Shown here: piece by piece, positions 24,101 to 36,300 of the stretch | Position numbering within the stretch: position 1 is the first letter of the stretch | Layout: each line of letters begins with the position of its first letter | Source: Monocercomonoides exilis PA203 | Lineage: Eukaryota > Protista > Preaxostyla | DNA length: 64,000 nt | Assembly (NCBI GenBank): GCA_001643675.2 | Contig: LSRY02000025.1 | Location: 186,001-250,000 of the forward strand | Reading direction: 5' to 3' | Program-made: the position numbers and the translations under genes | The notes under the pieces: model-generated | Seen by the model: the letters and a program-made list of their open reading frames with translations, nothing else | Told to the model about the DNA's origin: nothing | Database searches by the model: none

Positions 24101-26134
24101 GGGTCATCTTTTTATTGGCACTTTTTTCTTTATTGGCACCAAAATTTTTTGAAATGAAAAAAAATTAAAAACACATCAAAAAAATATAAAACTCGAATCA
24201 ATTACTCTTCTCACTTTTCTTTTTCCATTTTCACGTTCAAAGGGGTCAAATTCATCACTTGTTTCATTGTCATCATTTTCAATTTTTCTGAATTTTCTTT
24301 TCACTTTTTTCTCCAAAGGCAATTCTTCTTCTTCAATTTCTTTTTCTTTTTCAACATTTTCTTCAATTTCCTTTTCTTTTTCTTCAATTTCTTCAATTTT
24401 CATCTTGTGTTTTTCATTATATTCATCCCATTCATCAAGAAGCTTTTCTTTTGTTATTTCTTTTCCGAAGAAGTCGAAACAATGTGAATGAGAAGGAATG
24501 AAGTATTGAGAAGACTGAGGAAGCTTCATAAGCACTGACACTGAAGAATTGCTGAGGACTCCGCTGTTAATGAAGGCTTTTTTGATCACAGATGGTGTGA
24601 ATGCTGTGTGAAGGGCTTGTGGCAACACATCTGCAACAGCTGTTCTTTTATCAGATGAGGAGGTGGATGACGGAGAGCTGTAATTGTTTGATAGCTCTGA
24701 CTTCAATACTGCAAATACGCCTCTGTCCAGCGGCTGCGATATGTGTATAGTGTGTGAACGAAGGTGAAGACGTCAATTTCGGTTTCCTTGAACTGTCTCC
24801 ATATCGTTGGATCTGCCCGCGATGAGTGTGAATCCAGGAGAAGAAGGCAACGATGAGATTCTTTTAGAATTCGCTTTCTTCTGTCAATGATAGCTGGCAC
24901 CAGAACTGTTAAGGCGTATTTTTTGAATGACGTTTTATTCATCCAGCTTTTTGTGTTTGGCCAAATGTCAAGCGACGGCGTCAACAGTGTTGTAAGTTCT
25001 TTCGGAAGATTTGCGCTCGGCCACATCACGACAGACGTAAGCGAGATGCCATCAGCAGCTTTTCTAGCAACGAGAGTGGCATTTGGCATCCTTTCGGCAG
25101 TCTTTTTGAACCCAGCTTGTTCATCTGCAGGATGAACAACAACTCCACGTGTAGAAGTTGGAATTCGAAGCGAAGATTCATCGATATTGAAGATTAATTC
25201 CTCTGGATATTTATTTTCATCGTGTAATGATTGTAATTCCGTATACCACGGCTTTAGGAGTTTCTGACAAGATGCTGCAAGTCTGTTTATATCAACTTGC
25301 TTTGGCAGCGAGGACTTCAATTCCGGATGGCGCTTTATGAATGCGTAAATCGTCTTCAGAGTAACTGTCTTTTTTATCTTTTCTTCATTTTCTCCTTCTT
25401 CTTCACTATCGTTAATTATATTTTCCATCTTAATACAAATTAATATACAATTCAAATATCAATTGCAAACCAGATCGCGCGCTTTTCGTAATGTGAGGCT
25501 TGTCCCAGATCGAGATTCTATAGCAACTTCTTCCAAGAATTGTTTTTCTTTTTCTCCGCTAATAATTTGTGGATAACCAACTTTTGCAATAGGCCTGCCG
25601 TTTTTTATGGCTTTAACTGCGTGCTCCAAAGATTTTTTGCTGATTCCGCCATATTTTACTCCGTCGACCAGCCTGTCAACATTGTCATTAACAATGTGTG
25701 CAATCCTTTCTAATCTTGAACTATATTTTCTGTAATGTAATGTAGACATTGCTTCCTTCAGCCGCTTCTGCGCCGCTTCAGCTTTCTTTTTCACTAGTAA
25801 TTTCATTTATATATTATGGGTAATGATCGTTAATAAATTTTTTTATTTATTAATTCTCATTAAAGAATTTTTAATTAATATTTAAATTTTTGAATGAATT
25901 AGAAATATTTACAAACCTTTGTGCAGTCCAATTTCTCATGAAAGCTCAATGGAAGATCTTGAACCCCCCATTTCCCATGAGAAATTTGATTTCTTTCAAA
26001 ATTCAAATATTAGAATATATCACATTTGCATATATACCAAAAATTTATTTTAAAATATCATTTGTGGGTCAGATTAATTTTTATTTAAAAAAAAAGTGCC
26101 AATAAAGAAAAAAGTGCCAATAAAAAGATGACCC
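24101..26134 (-). mobile_element. pogo/Fot1-like (IS630-Tc1-mariner group) DNA transposon, 2,034 bp
   Basis: Perfect 39-bp TIRs (GGGTCATCTTTTTATTGGCACTTTTTTCTTTATTGGCAC at 24101-24139; reverse complement at 26096-26134); TA target duplication at 24099-24100 and 26135-26136; internal DDE_1-type transposase. Confidence 0.95.
24176..25806 (-). pseudogene. DDE_1-family DD35D transposase; one intron and one 1-bp frameshift (~529 aa if repaired)
   Basis: Exon 1 25806-25471, 42-bp GT-AG intron 25429-25470. Motifs IFNIDESSL and LLLLDSHSSR. Adding one C at ~24756 restores VPHTIHISQPLDRGVFAVLK, with 35 residues between the 2nd and 3rd catalytic Asp. Confidence 0.9.
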
Positions 26135-26578
26135 TATCTGCTTCATTTGCAGAATGTCTTCTTTTGTTCTATCGCTTTCCTCACAACTCATTGTGTTTCT
26201 TGTATTTTTATATGTGTGTATTTGTGCAATGCTTCTTCTGCCTTGTGAAGTGTGATTGAGCGAGGAATGAGATTTATGTCATTCGAGCAGCATCCACAGC
26301 AGCATTTTGAGGCGCAATCCAACTTGACTGCATTGCAAATCTTCTTATTCTGCTGCCTGCATGTCATCCACTGAACAGCTAAGCCCTTGTTCTTTCTTAT
26401 GTTCACAACAACAGAATTCAGCACAAATATCCATTATGACTTCTTCTTTCTGAGCGTCACCATTTTTTGGGAATCAGCTTCAGCAGCACAAAGAGACCAT
26501 CGTCTCCTCCCTTTTTTCTCTCTTCTTCAGCTTTCAGAATGAGAAGTCCAAACAGATCATTTTGTCTGTGCATCTGTA

Positions 26579-28956
26579 ATGCTGCGCCTGACTGATTTTT
26601 TGGGGGAGGATCACCAACAGATAGTGTTACACTTTTCCCTCTGACACTTTTTTTAACCCCCACCCTTTTTTTGTGGAGCTGGCTGCGGCTTAATACAAGC
26701 TTGTAGCCAACAAAAAATAACTCGAAATGTTTATTTTTATATATTTAACTTTTACAGAAAAAAATTTTTTACGAAAATTTTTTAACTTTGAGATCTCGGT
26801 ATTTTTTAATTTCATTTTTTGATCATTGAATTGATGGTCTTTCCATGAATATAACATTCTGGAAGTTTTAAGCTACACCATCATTACACATCTTATCCTT
26901 TTTATTGTTTTTTATAACTTTTCACATTTCACAAGTTTCTTTTTCACTTGTTTTCTCATTTCATCCACTTTTCATAAAAATGAAAATTTTGAAAGAATGA
27001 TGAATTCTTGAAAAAAAATTTATATTAAAAAAGCTATGTCTAATTCTAATCTCAATATGTTGTTGGACACTCTCAAAAATTATTTTTTGAATAAATGTGA
27101 TAGGTTTTAAAAATCAAAATTACCTCAATTGATGATTTTCATTTTTCTATTTAAAATCAAATTTAGAAAGCTTTATTGCATATTACCTTTATTAATAAAT
27201 TAATATATATTTAGGATCGTCCTCAAATTTTTCTCAAAAATTCATCATTCTTTCAAAATTTTCATTTTTATGAAAAGTGGATGAAATGAGAAAACAAGTG
27301 AAAAAGAAACTTGTGAAATGTGAAAAGTTATAAAAAACAATAAAAAGGATAAGATGTGTAATGATGGTGTAGCTTAAAACTTCCAGAATGTTATATTCAT
27401 GGAAAGACCATCAATTCAATGATCAAAAAATGAAATTAAAAAATACCGAGATCTCAAAGTTAAAAAATTTTCGTAAAAAATTTTTTTCTGTAAAAGTTAA
27501 ATATATAAAAATAAACATTTCGAGTTATTTTTTGTTGGCTACAAGCTTGTATTAAGCCGCAGCCAGCTCCACAAAAAAAAGGGTGGGGGTAAAAAAAAGT
27601 GTCAGAGATTAAAGTGTAACCCTATGGTTCAATGAACTGGAGGATTGCGATGAAGAAGAGCGGGAAGAGAAAATCGAAGAAATGAATTCAATGATTGAGG
27701 AAATGAATATGGAAGGGGTTTTTTCGGTTTTCACAAAGGAATGGTTCAACAAAATGAACAAAAGGATTGAAGAAAAGAAACTATCAATGGAAAACACCAT
27801 TTTCATATTGAAGCACTTTGCATATTGCAAGGCCCTGAAAGTTAATCCATGCCTTTTTGGTTGCTTTTCTTCCTTGAACAAAAGATTGGAAAAGATGATT
27901 ATTGATGAAAATGAGAAGAAAAAAGAAGAAAGAAACGAAAAGCTTTTGACTGATCTCTGCGAATGCTATGTGATTCTTGTAGATGGTCACATTGGAGGTG
28001 AAATGCTATCCATTTGTGTTCCTTGCCTTTTGAAAGTGGCATTGAAGAAGGATAAAAGCGAGGAGACGCAAAGGGATGTGGAAATGACCTTGCAGGTTTT
28101 GAGTCGCTTTGGAAGATGGATGGTTTGAAAGTGATTTGGTCATTTTTGATGTGCTTTGTTTCATTTATTTGTGAATTTGACGGTTTGCTGATGGGAAGTG
28201 AATGAAGAATTGTTTTTGAATGAGATAACAGATATCATCCAACATCGTCAGGAGCATCACAACTTGGAACGACTGGGATATCAATCTACTTGGCAGTTCT
28301 GATGAACAGATTGCTCTTTGATAGAAGCTTGAAAAAACTGATTGTGGATGAGCAGCATTTTGAGAGAGAAGCAACAAGAGAACTGGAAGAGCTTTCAAAG
28401 TGTGTGGATTGGGAGAGAAAAGGAAAAGAAGTGAATGAAAAAGGAGAGGAAGAAGTGCAGGTTATGAAGAGTTGGCTCCAAATATCGTATTGTTGTCAGC
28501 GCGATTGCAAATTGCCCAAATGAAAAACATGTTGAGCTTATCAGCAGCCATGTTGAGATATTTCGAGCAGCGAACGATTACAAAAAGGAAATATGTGACC
28601 AGTATATTGATTTATTCACAGCCGAAACAAGAAAGAGCTCAGTGGAAGCTGGAGTCTTGCTGAAAGGCGGAGCTGTTGATGTTATTTTGGAGGAAATTAT
28701 TCTGTCAAATGTTGACAGCCCACAAACTGCGAGTTATTTGTGATTTTTCAGCTCTTTTTGCGAAAGGCTAAAGTTGAAGATGGAAAATGAAAGTGATGAG
28801 AGGAAACAAAAAGAGACGAAAAGAAAGGTGCTGGAAAGGATGGAAGAAGACGGATTCGAGGATTGTGCTGTCAGATTTCTCTTTTTTGTTGTTCAAGGGA
28901 AGTTCAGAGATGATTTTTTGATTAATGATTTGGTACCTTATTTGTTTTGCAACTGA
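26579..28956 (+). pseudogene. Second copy of the NELE-C-EEE family gene, disrupted by the MITE, frameshifts and a stop
   Basis: Removing 26624-27624 yields MLRLTDFLGEDHQQI-WFNELEDCDEEERE... continuing into ORF 27682..28128. Downstream part is homologous to 19558..20319 (EHHNLERLGYQSTWQF, MEEDGFED) but broken into several frames, with TGA at 28741. Confidence 0.8.
26624..27622. mobile_element. Non-autonomous fold-back element/MITE (999 bp) with ~380-bp TIRs and TA TSD
   Basis: Arms ~26624-27006 and ~27239-27622 are reverse complements. Termini GTGTTACAC.../...GTGTAACCC are flanked by TA (26622-26623, 27623-27624). No coding capacity. Confidence 0.9.
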
Positions 28957-30356
28957 ATCAAATGATTCTGAAGCCAACTTCATTTGTCTCGGGCAAAGCA
29001 ACTATTCAGCTGAAGAAAATGTTGTAATGAAAAATTTGGTTGGAAGAACCCTTTCAAGAAAGCTCACCATCTCGAAGCATCCAAAGATATAAATGAGACA
29101 ACAATCTTTCTGTATCATCCTTCTCTTTGCTATTTCACAATAACTCAAAAAAAGGCGGAATACAATAAAAAGGGGAAGCAGTGCAGAAAAAGGCTCCCAT
29201 TTCATTCGCAGGAAGCGATAATTGATGTAGTAACACAATAATCGATATCAATTCTGGAGTTATTGAAGCAGTCACGGAAAGGAGAAAAAAGGAGGAATAT
29301 GCACATCTGCAATAATTAGCTCGTTTTGTATTTGTGTCTTTGAGATTGCAGTTGCCTTTGCCATTATTTCACATTCTTCTGCATGCGATTGTGTTGACAA
29401 CACTTCTCGGAGTTGAAAAGATCTTGAGGAGGAAGTCTCACATTGCTTCTTTTCAACTGGAAGTGTTCCTAAAGTTCCCTCAAACATAGCTCATGTTTCA
29501 TTCCTTGGGGATCAACGCGAAGCAACGCGACTGGAAAATGCGTTCAGAAGCTGGAAAAGAAGAAAGGCAGCTCAAATGGAATCTCAAGCAAGCATCATAA
29601 AATGTTGAAAGTTAGAAATGAATGCATTTGTTGTGGTTGTGACATTTTCGCACATACTGCAGATATTCAAGGAGAAAGTTATAAAACATTTAATTTGCAG
29701 CTCAGTGAATTCCAAGTGTTACTGCAGCAAAAATGCTTCTGAGAGCAGATAGTTATCTGTTTCCTTCTTAAAAAAAAAGAAAGAAAGAAAGAAAAAGAAA
29801 AAAAGAAAAACATGTGAAAAATACTGTTCAACTGAGTATAATATTTGTACAACTTACAGCAATGATATTAAGTTTTGAGCAACAAGATTATGATGAAAGC
29901 TACGTACGCAAAAAATCCAAAGCACCTGAAGAAGAATCCGTTGTTTCTATCATTTATTTATTTTTCTTTGTTCATCATTTGCACATATCCTGTTGAAAAA
30001 CCGTCTGCCTATTCTTTGGTGCATTTTCCAAAAGTGATCATGCTTGATCTTAATCCCTCGTTTTTCAATTTTCATTCAATTCTTGTTTTTATGGAATATA
30101 TGTTTCTGATCGAACTCAAAAGAACGCAGATATTGCTAGAATCTGTGGGCAGAGCGCCATTCCATCTGCACAATCGTTTTTAATTTATTTATCAACACAT
30201 TGGTTTCAGTAATCCGTCAGCTTCTTTAACTCTTCAAAATCTCGAATTTTTATCCAACATCAAGTTTGCTTGAAGTATGTGTAGTAAAATTGACTTTTTA
30301 TAACACATGTTATTTTTCTTTATTATTTCGATCGTACTATTCCCATACCTTATTTG

Positions 30357-33300
30357 ATGAAAAACGATAAAAAATTTTTTTATCTGTTCTGGAAGGTTCT
30401 ATGGGTTCTGCTTCATTTAGTATGCTGCGGGCTGCTAGAAGTTAATGCAAAGGAGCAGGCTGTGAGTGAAGATGCAATTATAAGAGCAAAAATTGCTGCT
30501 TGCATTTACTTGAAGAATTCGAGCATTTTGCTTTGGGATTTGACCATTCAACACAATGGCATCAAACCCACAATAAATGCACAAGGAAAGGGAAATTTGG
30601 AGCTGCGATGCTGTGAAATATCAGATCAGGAACCTTTTGAAGGAAGTTTTGCAAAAACAGATGGGGATGCTCGATTCCTGAACATTTCCTTGAAACAAAA
30701 ATACATGCCCCTGGGACTACAATTCGTATTGACACAATTTTTTGGAGGAGAGGGAAAGGCGGAAGTCAGTGGGTGTATGTTTGAAGGACTTTCCCAACAA
30801 TTGAATTTGCCGTTTTTGTTTGCTGGCCAGCTTGCATCGGAGCATGTGAGCAGGACCAGATTCAGCAATATCACAACGAAGGGGATGCATAATGGAAGAG
30901 GAGCATGGATCGTGAAAGCAGCAGAACAATGGACGAATGCAGATAAAATTTTATCATTTGAGGTGAGTGACAGTGTATTCGAGAATTTCTATTCAGGTGA
31001 TTGCTGGATTGGCAATTGCGCATGGAAGGTTGAGGACTTTTTAGAATGGAGGAACTGTTCAATTACAGGCGTGACTGTGGAGACGAACAGTAAAACAAGA
31101 GAATATTGCGCGTGCTGCGAAAGGAAGAGATCTTGTTTAAAGGGAAGATTCTGGGCTGTTTCGTTTTCAGATACAAGTGTAGCAAGGATGGGTTCTGGAG
31201 CTTTGATGTGGAGCAGAGTCAGGGGAAGCAACGTGGGGATTTTGGATTGTGAGTTTGCGAGATGCAAGTCGAGGGATTGTGGAGCGTGTATCTACGCGGT
31301 TAATGCCACATTTATGGAGCTGAGCAACACCTCATTTGCGAATGTTACTGTGGAGCGACCGTTTGAAGGGACGGGCGGAGCCGTGTTCGTGGCCGGAGGG
31401 GAATGCAGCGTGAGAGTAAGCAAATGTATGTTTTTCGGGTGTAAAAGTTGGAGGAGCACAAGAGGCGGAGCGGCCGGGTTTATGGTGAGCGCTGGAGAAG
31501 CAAGGCTGGTTGAGTGCCAATTTCTGAGATGCGAAGAAAGAACGACAAGGAGTTGCCGAGAAGGATATGAAGAAGGAAAAGGATTATTAGGAGCGTGTGG
31601 TGGTGGTGGTGGAGGAGGAGTGTTCTTCGGGGGATTTGGGGAAGCATTGGAGATAGGAATCTGGGGCTGCTTCTTTGAAAACTGCACGAGTTCTCTGAGT
31701 GGTGGGGCGCTGTATTTTGGCAAAGAAGACAAGAGAGTTGGTCATGTAACTGTCGGAAGCACGAGATTTGCAGGGTGCAGATCGCTGACGCAACAAGGAG
31801 ACGACATTTTCTGGAGCGGAGGAAGCGAGCGAAACTTAAAAGTGGTGAGTTGTGTGTCTGTGACAATGGAAGGCAGAAGCCGGGGAGTAGATGTTCAGGA
31901 GCAGTTTTTGGAGAGCAGGGCAGGGCTGACGAACAGGACAGCTTTTGTGAGCTCTGAGGGATCTGACAGTGCAGGATGCGGAGGAAGCGAGGAAAGCACC
32001 TGTCAGACGATATCATATGTACTAACAACGCTGATAGCAACAACAAATTTGGACCGAGTTATTCTTGTTGGGGAAATGCAGGAAGTGCAAAGGAGCAAAA
32101 TCAGCGTGAGACAGGAGATGAAGATTGAAGGCAGAGGCGGAATGGAAGACGGAAAGTCGATGCAGCCGATATATTTGGCAAATATTGCTTCGCAAAAAGG
32201 ATATGAGGTGGTGAATTGCAGCTTGAATGTGGAGAATGTTGCATTTAGGATCTACAACTTGGAAGGGGATCTGTTCTGTGTGGAAGGAGCGATGGGAAAG
32301 CTGTTTCTGGGTAACGTGACGATGCCGCATCTGGCCGAACTCAATTTGCAGAGGTATGTGTTTGTGAGGTTTGAGGGGAACGTGCTGGAGATGGACAGGT
32401 GCGTTGTGAATTTGGGCGGTAAGGAAAACGGACCTGTTATAATTGGCACTGCATTGCCGTCGCCGTTGCTGTCTCGAAGTGTGACGATGAGGAACGTGAT
32501 GTTTTCGAATGTGAGTTGCAGCGAGGCACAAAGATCATTGCTGACCACCCCGAAGTGTACGTCTCTGACATTGAACAACTGCTCGTTCAACAACGTGTCG
32601 TCGAAGAACTGCTCAACAGGGGGAGCACTGCGAGTTGAGATTAATGGAAGCGATTCCGTACGAATCGTCAATACAAACTTTTCATCGTGCTCAGCACACC
32701 ACAGCACAGACACAACAAAGGGAGGCGGGATGTACTTGCTTTTGACTGTTTCAGGAGATGTGGAAATCACAAATCCAACGTTCGCGAGCAACAATGCGGC
32801 TGTGGGGAAGGATGTGTTTGTTTCATGTCCAGATCTGGAAGACGTTTTGATCGATAATATTTTTGGGTTTGCTGTGAACATCGCATTAAATGACAGGAAC
32901 AACAGTTTGTTTGGGGTAGATTCGTCCAGCTACACGAGCAATACCGATCTGTATGGTCTTCTTCCTCCGTTTGTAGAGGTGCACGTTGTTGTGGACAATG
33001 GATATGTTCCTCCAGGGGTGAATGAGCTTCTGTGTGGATCTACTGCACGGCCGTGCTTGAGCGTGGAATATGCATTCGATCATGTGGAATGGAGCTTTCC
33101 TGAAGGGAGTGCGGGGGTGGGGAAGATGATATTGGGACAGTGTGGAGGGAATTCAACAGATAAGGTGCTGGAAGTGACGGGAAGGAAGATATCAATTGAA
33201 TCGTTTTCCACAAGTGAATGCATTGCGTTTCAGTCGAGTGTGGTTGAGCCAGGGATTGTGGTGAGCAACAGCAGCCTGGAGGTGAAGAACTGCGGTATTG

Positions 33301-36300
33301 TTATTTATGAGGGAATCTCGAATGTTGTGGAGATAAATACGGAGTCTGAGGTAATGTTCGGAAATGTGCAAGTGATGATGACTTCCTCGGGTTTGACCTG
33401 TAATAGCGTGTTCTTCGTGAAAGGAGGAGAGGTGAATCTGAATGGTGTCAAGCTTATTAGCATTAAAGCGAGAGCTTCGGTGGTTTTTGTGAGCGAGGAC
33501 ATTGATGGAGAAGGATTCAAGGTTAGTACAATGGAAGTGACATTTGGAACGTGCAGCAGCACAACACAAGCAGGGGGAATGTTTGTGTCTGGTGGGTGCG
33601 TTGGCGAGGTGTCTCTGAACAATTCGACGTTTTCGTTGATATCATGCGCAAGCGGAACGAAAGGCGGGGGGATGTTTGCGAATGTTGCTGGGGGAACGGC
33701 TATGAAGATGGAGAACTGCACGTTCCGGAACAACAAGCTGCAGGGCGCAGACACGTTTGGCGGAGGGCTGTACATGGAAATTGAGGACGATTCAGATTGG
33801 GCAGTGGATGGGCCGTCATTTGCAGGAAACCAGGCGATGTTTGGGGCACAGATGTTTTTGGAATGTGAGACGCTGCGTAGGAGCGTGAATGAGTCGTCTA
33901 TTCAGTTTGTGGTTGATAACAACGCCACGCTACAGCCGAGCGATATGATGGGGAGGGACGCGGCAGACTATCCTGAGCCGACTGATCTGCGGGAGCTGCT
34001 GAAGCCGATTGTGGAGCACTGTTGTATGGCATATGTATTATGGAGCTCAGGAAGAGATACAGATTCTTGTGGAGATGTTGCCACGCCGTGCCGCACGCTT
34101 CCATTCTCGACGAAAATGCTGCTGCCTTCATGTGGGACAGCTAATGTGGTGATAGCTGGGCCAAGCGTGCTTGATTCAACAGCAGAGTTAAAAGACTCCA
34201 GCCTAGGGAGTGTATCTGGTGAGCGCTTCGAATTGTCTGTTCGAAAGAGCGATTCACTGTTTGAAGGCGATTCGGCAATTGGCCTGGAGGGAGACTGCGG
34301 AGTGGAGCGGGTATCGTTCAGACTTTCAGTCAGCATCTCTTTGACAACGCAAAATCTGCTTTTTTTGACGAGCGGAGCGCTTACAGTTGAAAACTGCACA
34401 TTTGGGCTTGAAAGTCCGGGAAGTGTTAATTACAATGTTATCAGCGTGGCTATCGGATCTTTCAGGATGGAAAATTGTGAAGTTTCTGGGATGGAGCTGA
34501 TGCTCACGTTTGTTGCATTGTACGCAGGTGCGACCTCGGCAAGTGTGAACAGCTGCAACTTCACTCACATAAGCACAGATAATAATGCGGTTTTACTTTT
34601 TTCGTCGGGTTCAGGAGGAAGTGGCGGAACATTCACATCGGCGAATGAAGGATTTTATTCTGATTATTGTTTGAACTCGGAAGCAACTTTGAAATTAAAT
34701 AGATTTGGCGGAAATGCCGCTGATCGACCTCTACTCATCAACGACAGCACATTTGAAAATATCACACAACAGTCAACATCATCCGCTGCTGTATATGTGG
34801 GTGACAACAAATATAGCTCGATTGGAATTGAGCTGTGCAACTTCACAGATTGCAGTGCGCTTTCATCAACGTGCGGTGGGGCGCTGTATGCGACGGTCAA
34901 CAATGCTGCTCTGGAGACAATGAGGATGACAGAGATACGGATGTGCAATTGCTTTACGTCGGAGTCAGCTGGAAAGGGAGGAGGAATGAACTTTGCATTC
35001 ACCACATATTCTGGGCTGAGTACAACCGGAAATACAGAAATTGAGTTTCCAAGGTTTTATTTTGATGGAAACAAGGCTCTGTACGGGAAGGATATGTTTG
35101 TAACATGCGACCTTGCTGATGAAAACAAAACATATATTTATATAATTCTTTCTGAGCAATATGACTACAACGATACAAATTGGTGTGCTTACGAGACTTC
35201 AGCAGGATTTTATGAAGGAGAATTCAAGCCTCTATTGGTGTTTGGCGTGAGCAAGGCTATGGTAGATGCATCCGGAGCAGACACGAAAGCGTGTGGAAAG
35301 GAAAGCAGCCCATGCAGTTCGTTGAAACAGGCATTGAGCAGATTGAAACCAGCAGAGGATGAACCACCGACAGGCGACGGACAGCTATATAAACCCGAAC
35401 TTACAGTAGACGTGGTATCAGAAGTGAATCTGTCTGAGAGCGTGCGAATGGTATCGACAAAGGCTGATGGGGTGTCGGTTGGACGGGGTGGAATTATGTT
35501 TGCGGAAGGAGTAGGCGTAGGAGCTGAGTGGATACGGTGCTCGGTGGCAGCAGAGTTCTCAAAGCTGCAGCTTTCGTACGAGGCAGGGGCAGATTTGGGG
35601 GATAAGGTGTGCATTGTGTTTGAAGGCAGGACGGCGAAGAGCTGTGTTACGCTGAGGGAGTGCTTGGTGATTGGAGGCGGATTGGAAGGAAGAGGAGGAG
35701 GAGGAGGAGGAATGGGAATGGGAACAGGGCTTGGAGGAGCGCTTGTGCAGGTTTTGAGCGGGGCGCTGGTCGTGGAAAGGTGCACGTTCGAAGGGTTGGA
35801 GGCGAAGGGAACGCTGTTGGAGTGCGATGGAGCAAGCAAGATTAGCATGAAGGGAAGCACGTTCGAGTCACTGAGCGTTGGAGAGCGTATTCTTTGGAGT
35901 AAAGCAGAAGATGCGTGTGTCGAAGTGGAGGAATGCCGAATTTTCAATGTGAGTGCTTTACGGAGCGAGGGAAGTTCAGGAATATATTCAGGAGCAGGTT
36001 TCAGTGCAAATATAAGGGCAAAAACAAGAGCAAGTGCAAGTCTGGTTCCTCTTGTGGCAGAAGTTGATGGCGGAGGAAACGTTAGCTTCAATTCTGTGGT
36101 GTGCTCTGAGTGTGATGTGGAGGAAGGGGAAGGGACTTATGTTGTGTTGGATTCTTCTCATTTCATAATAGAAAACTGCGAATTCTGCGAAAAAGGCTCA
36201 TCTTCATCTACGACTTCTTCCTCTTTTATTTCTTCTTCTTCTTCTTCTTCTTCTTCTTCTTCTTCTTCTTCTTCTTCTTCTTCTTCTTCTTCTTCTTCTT

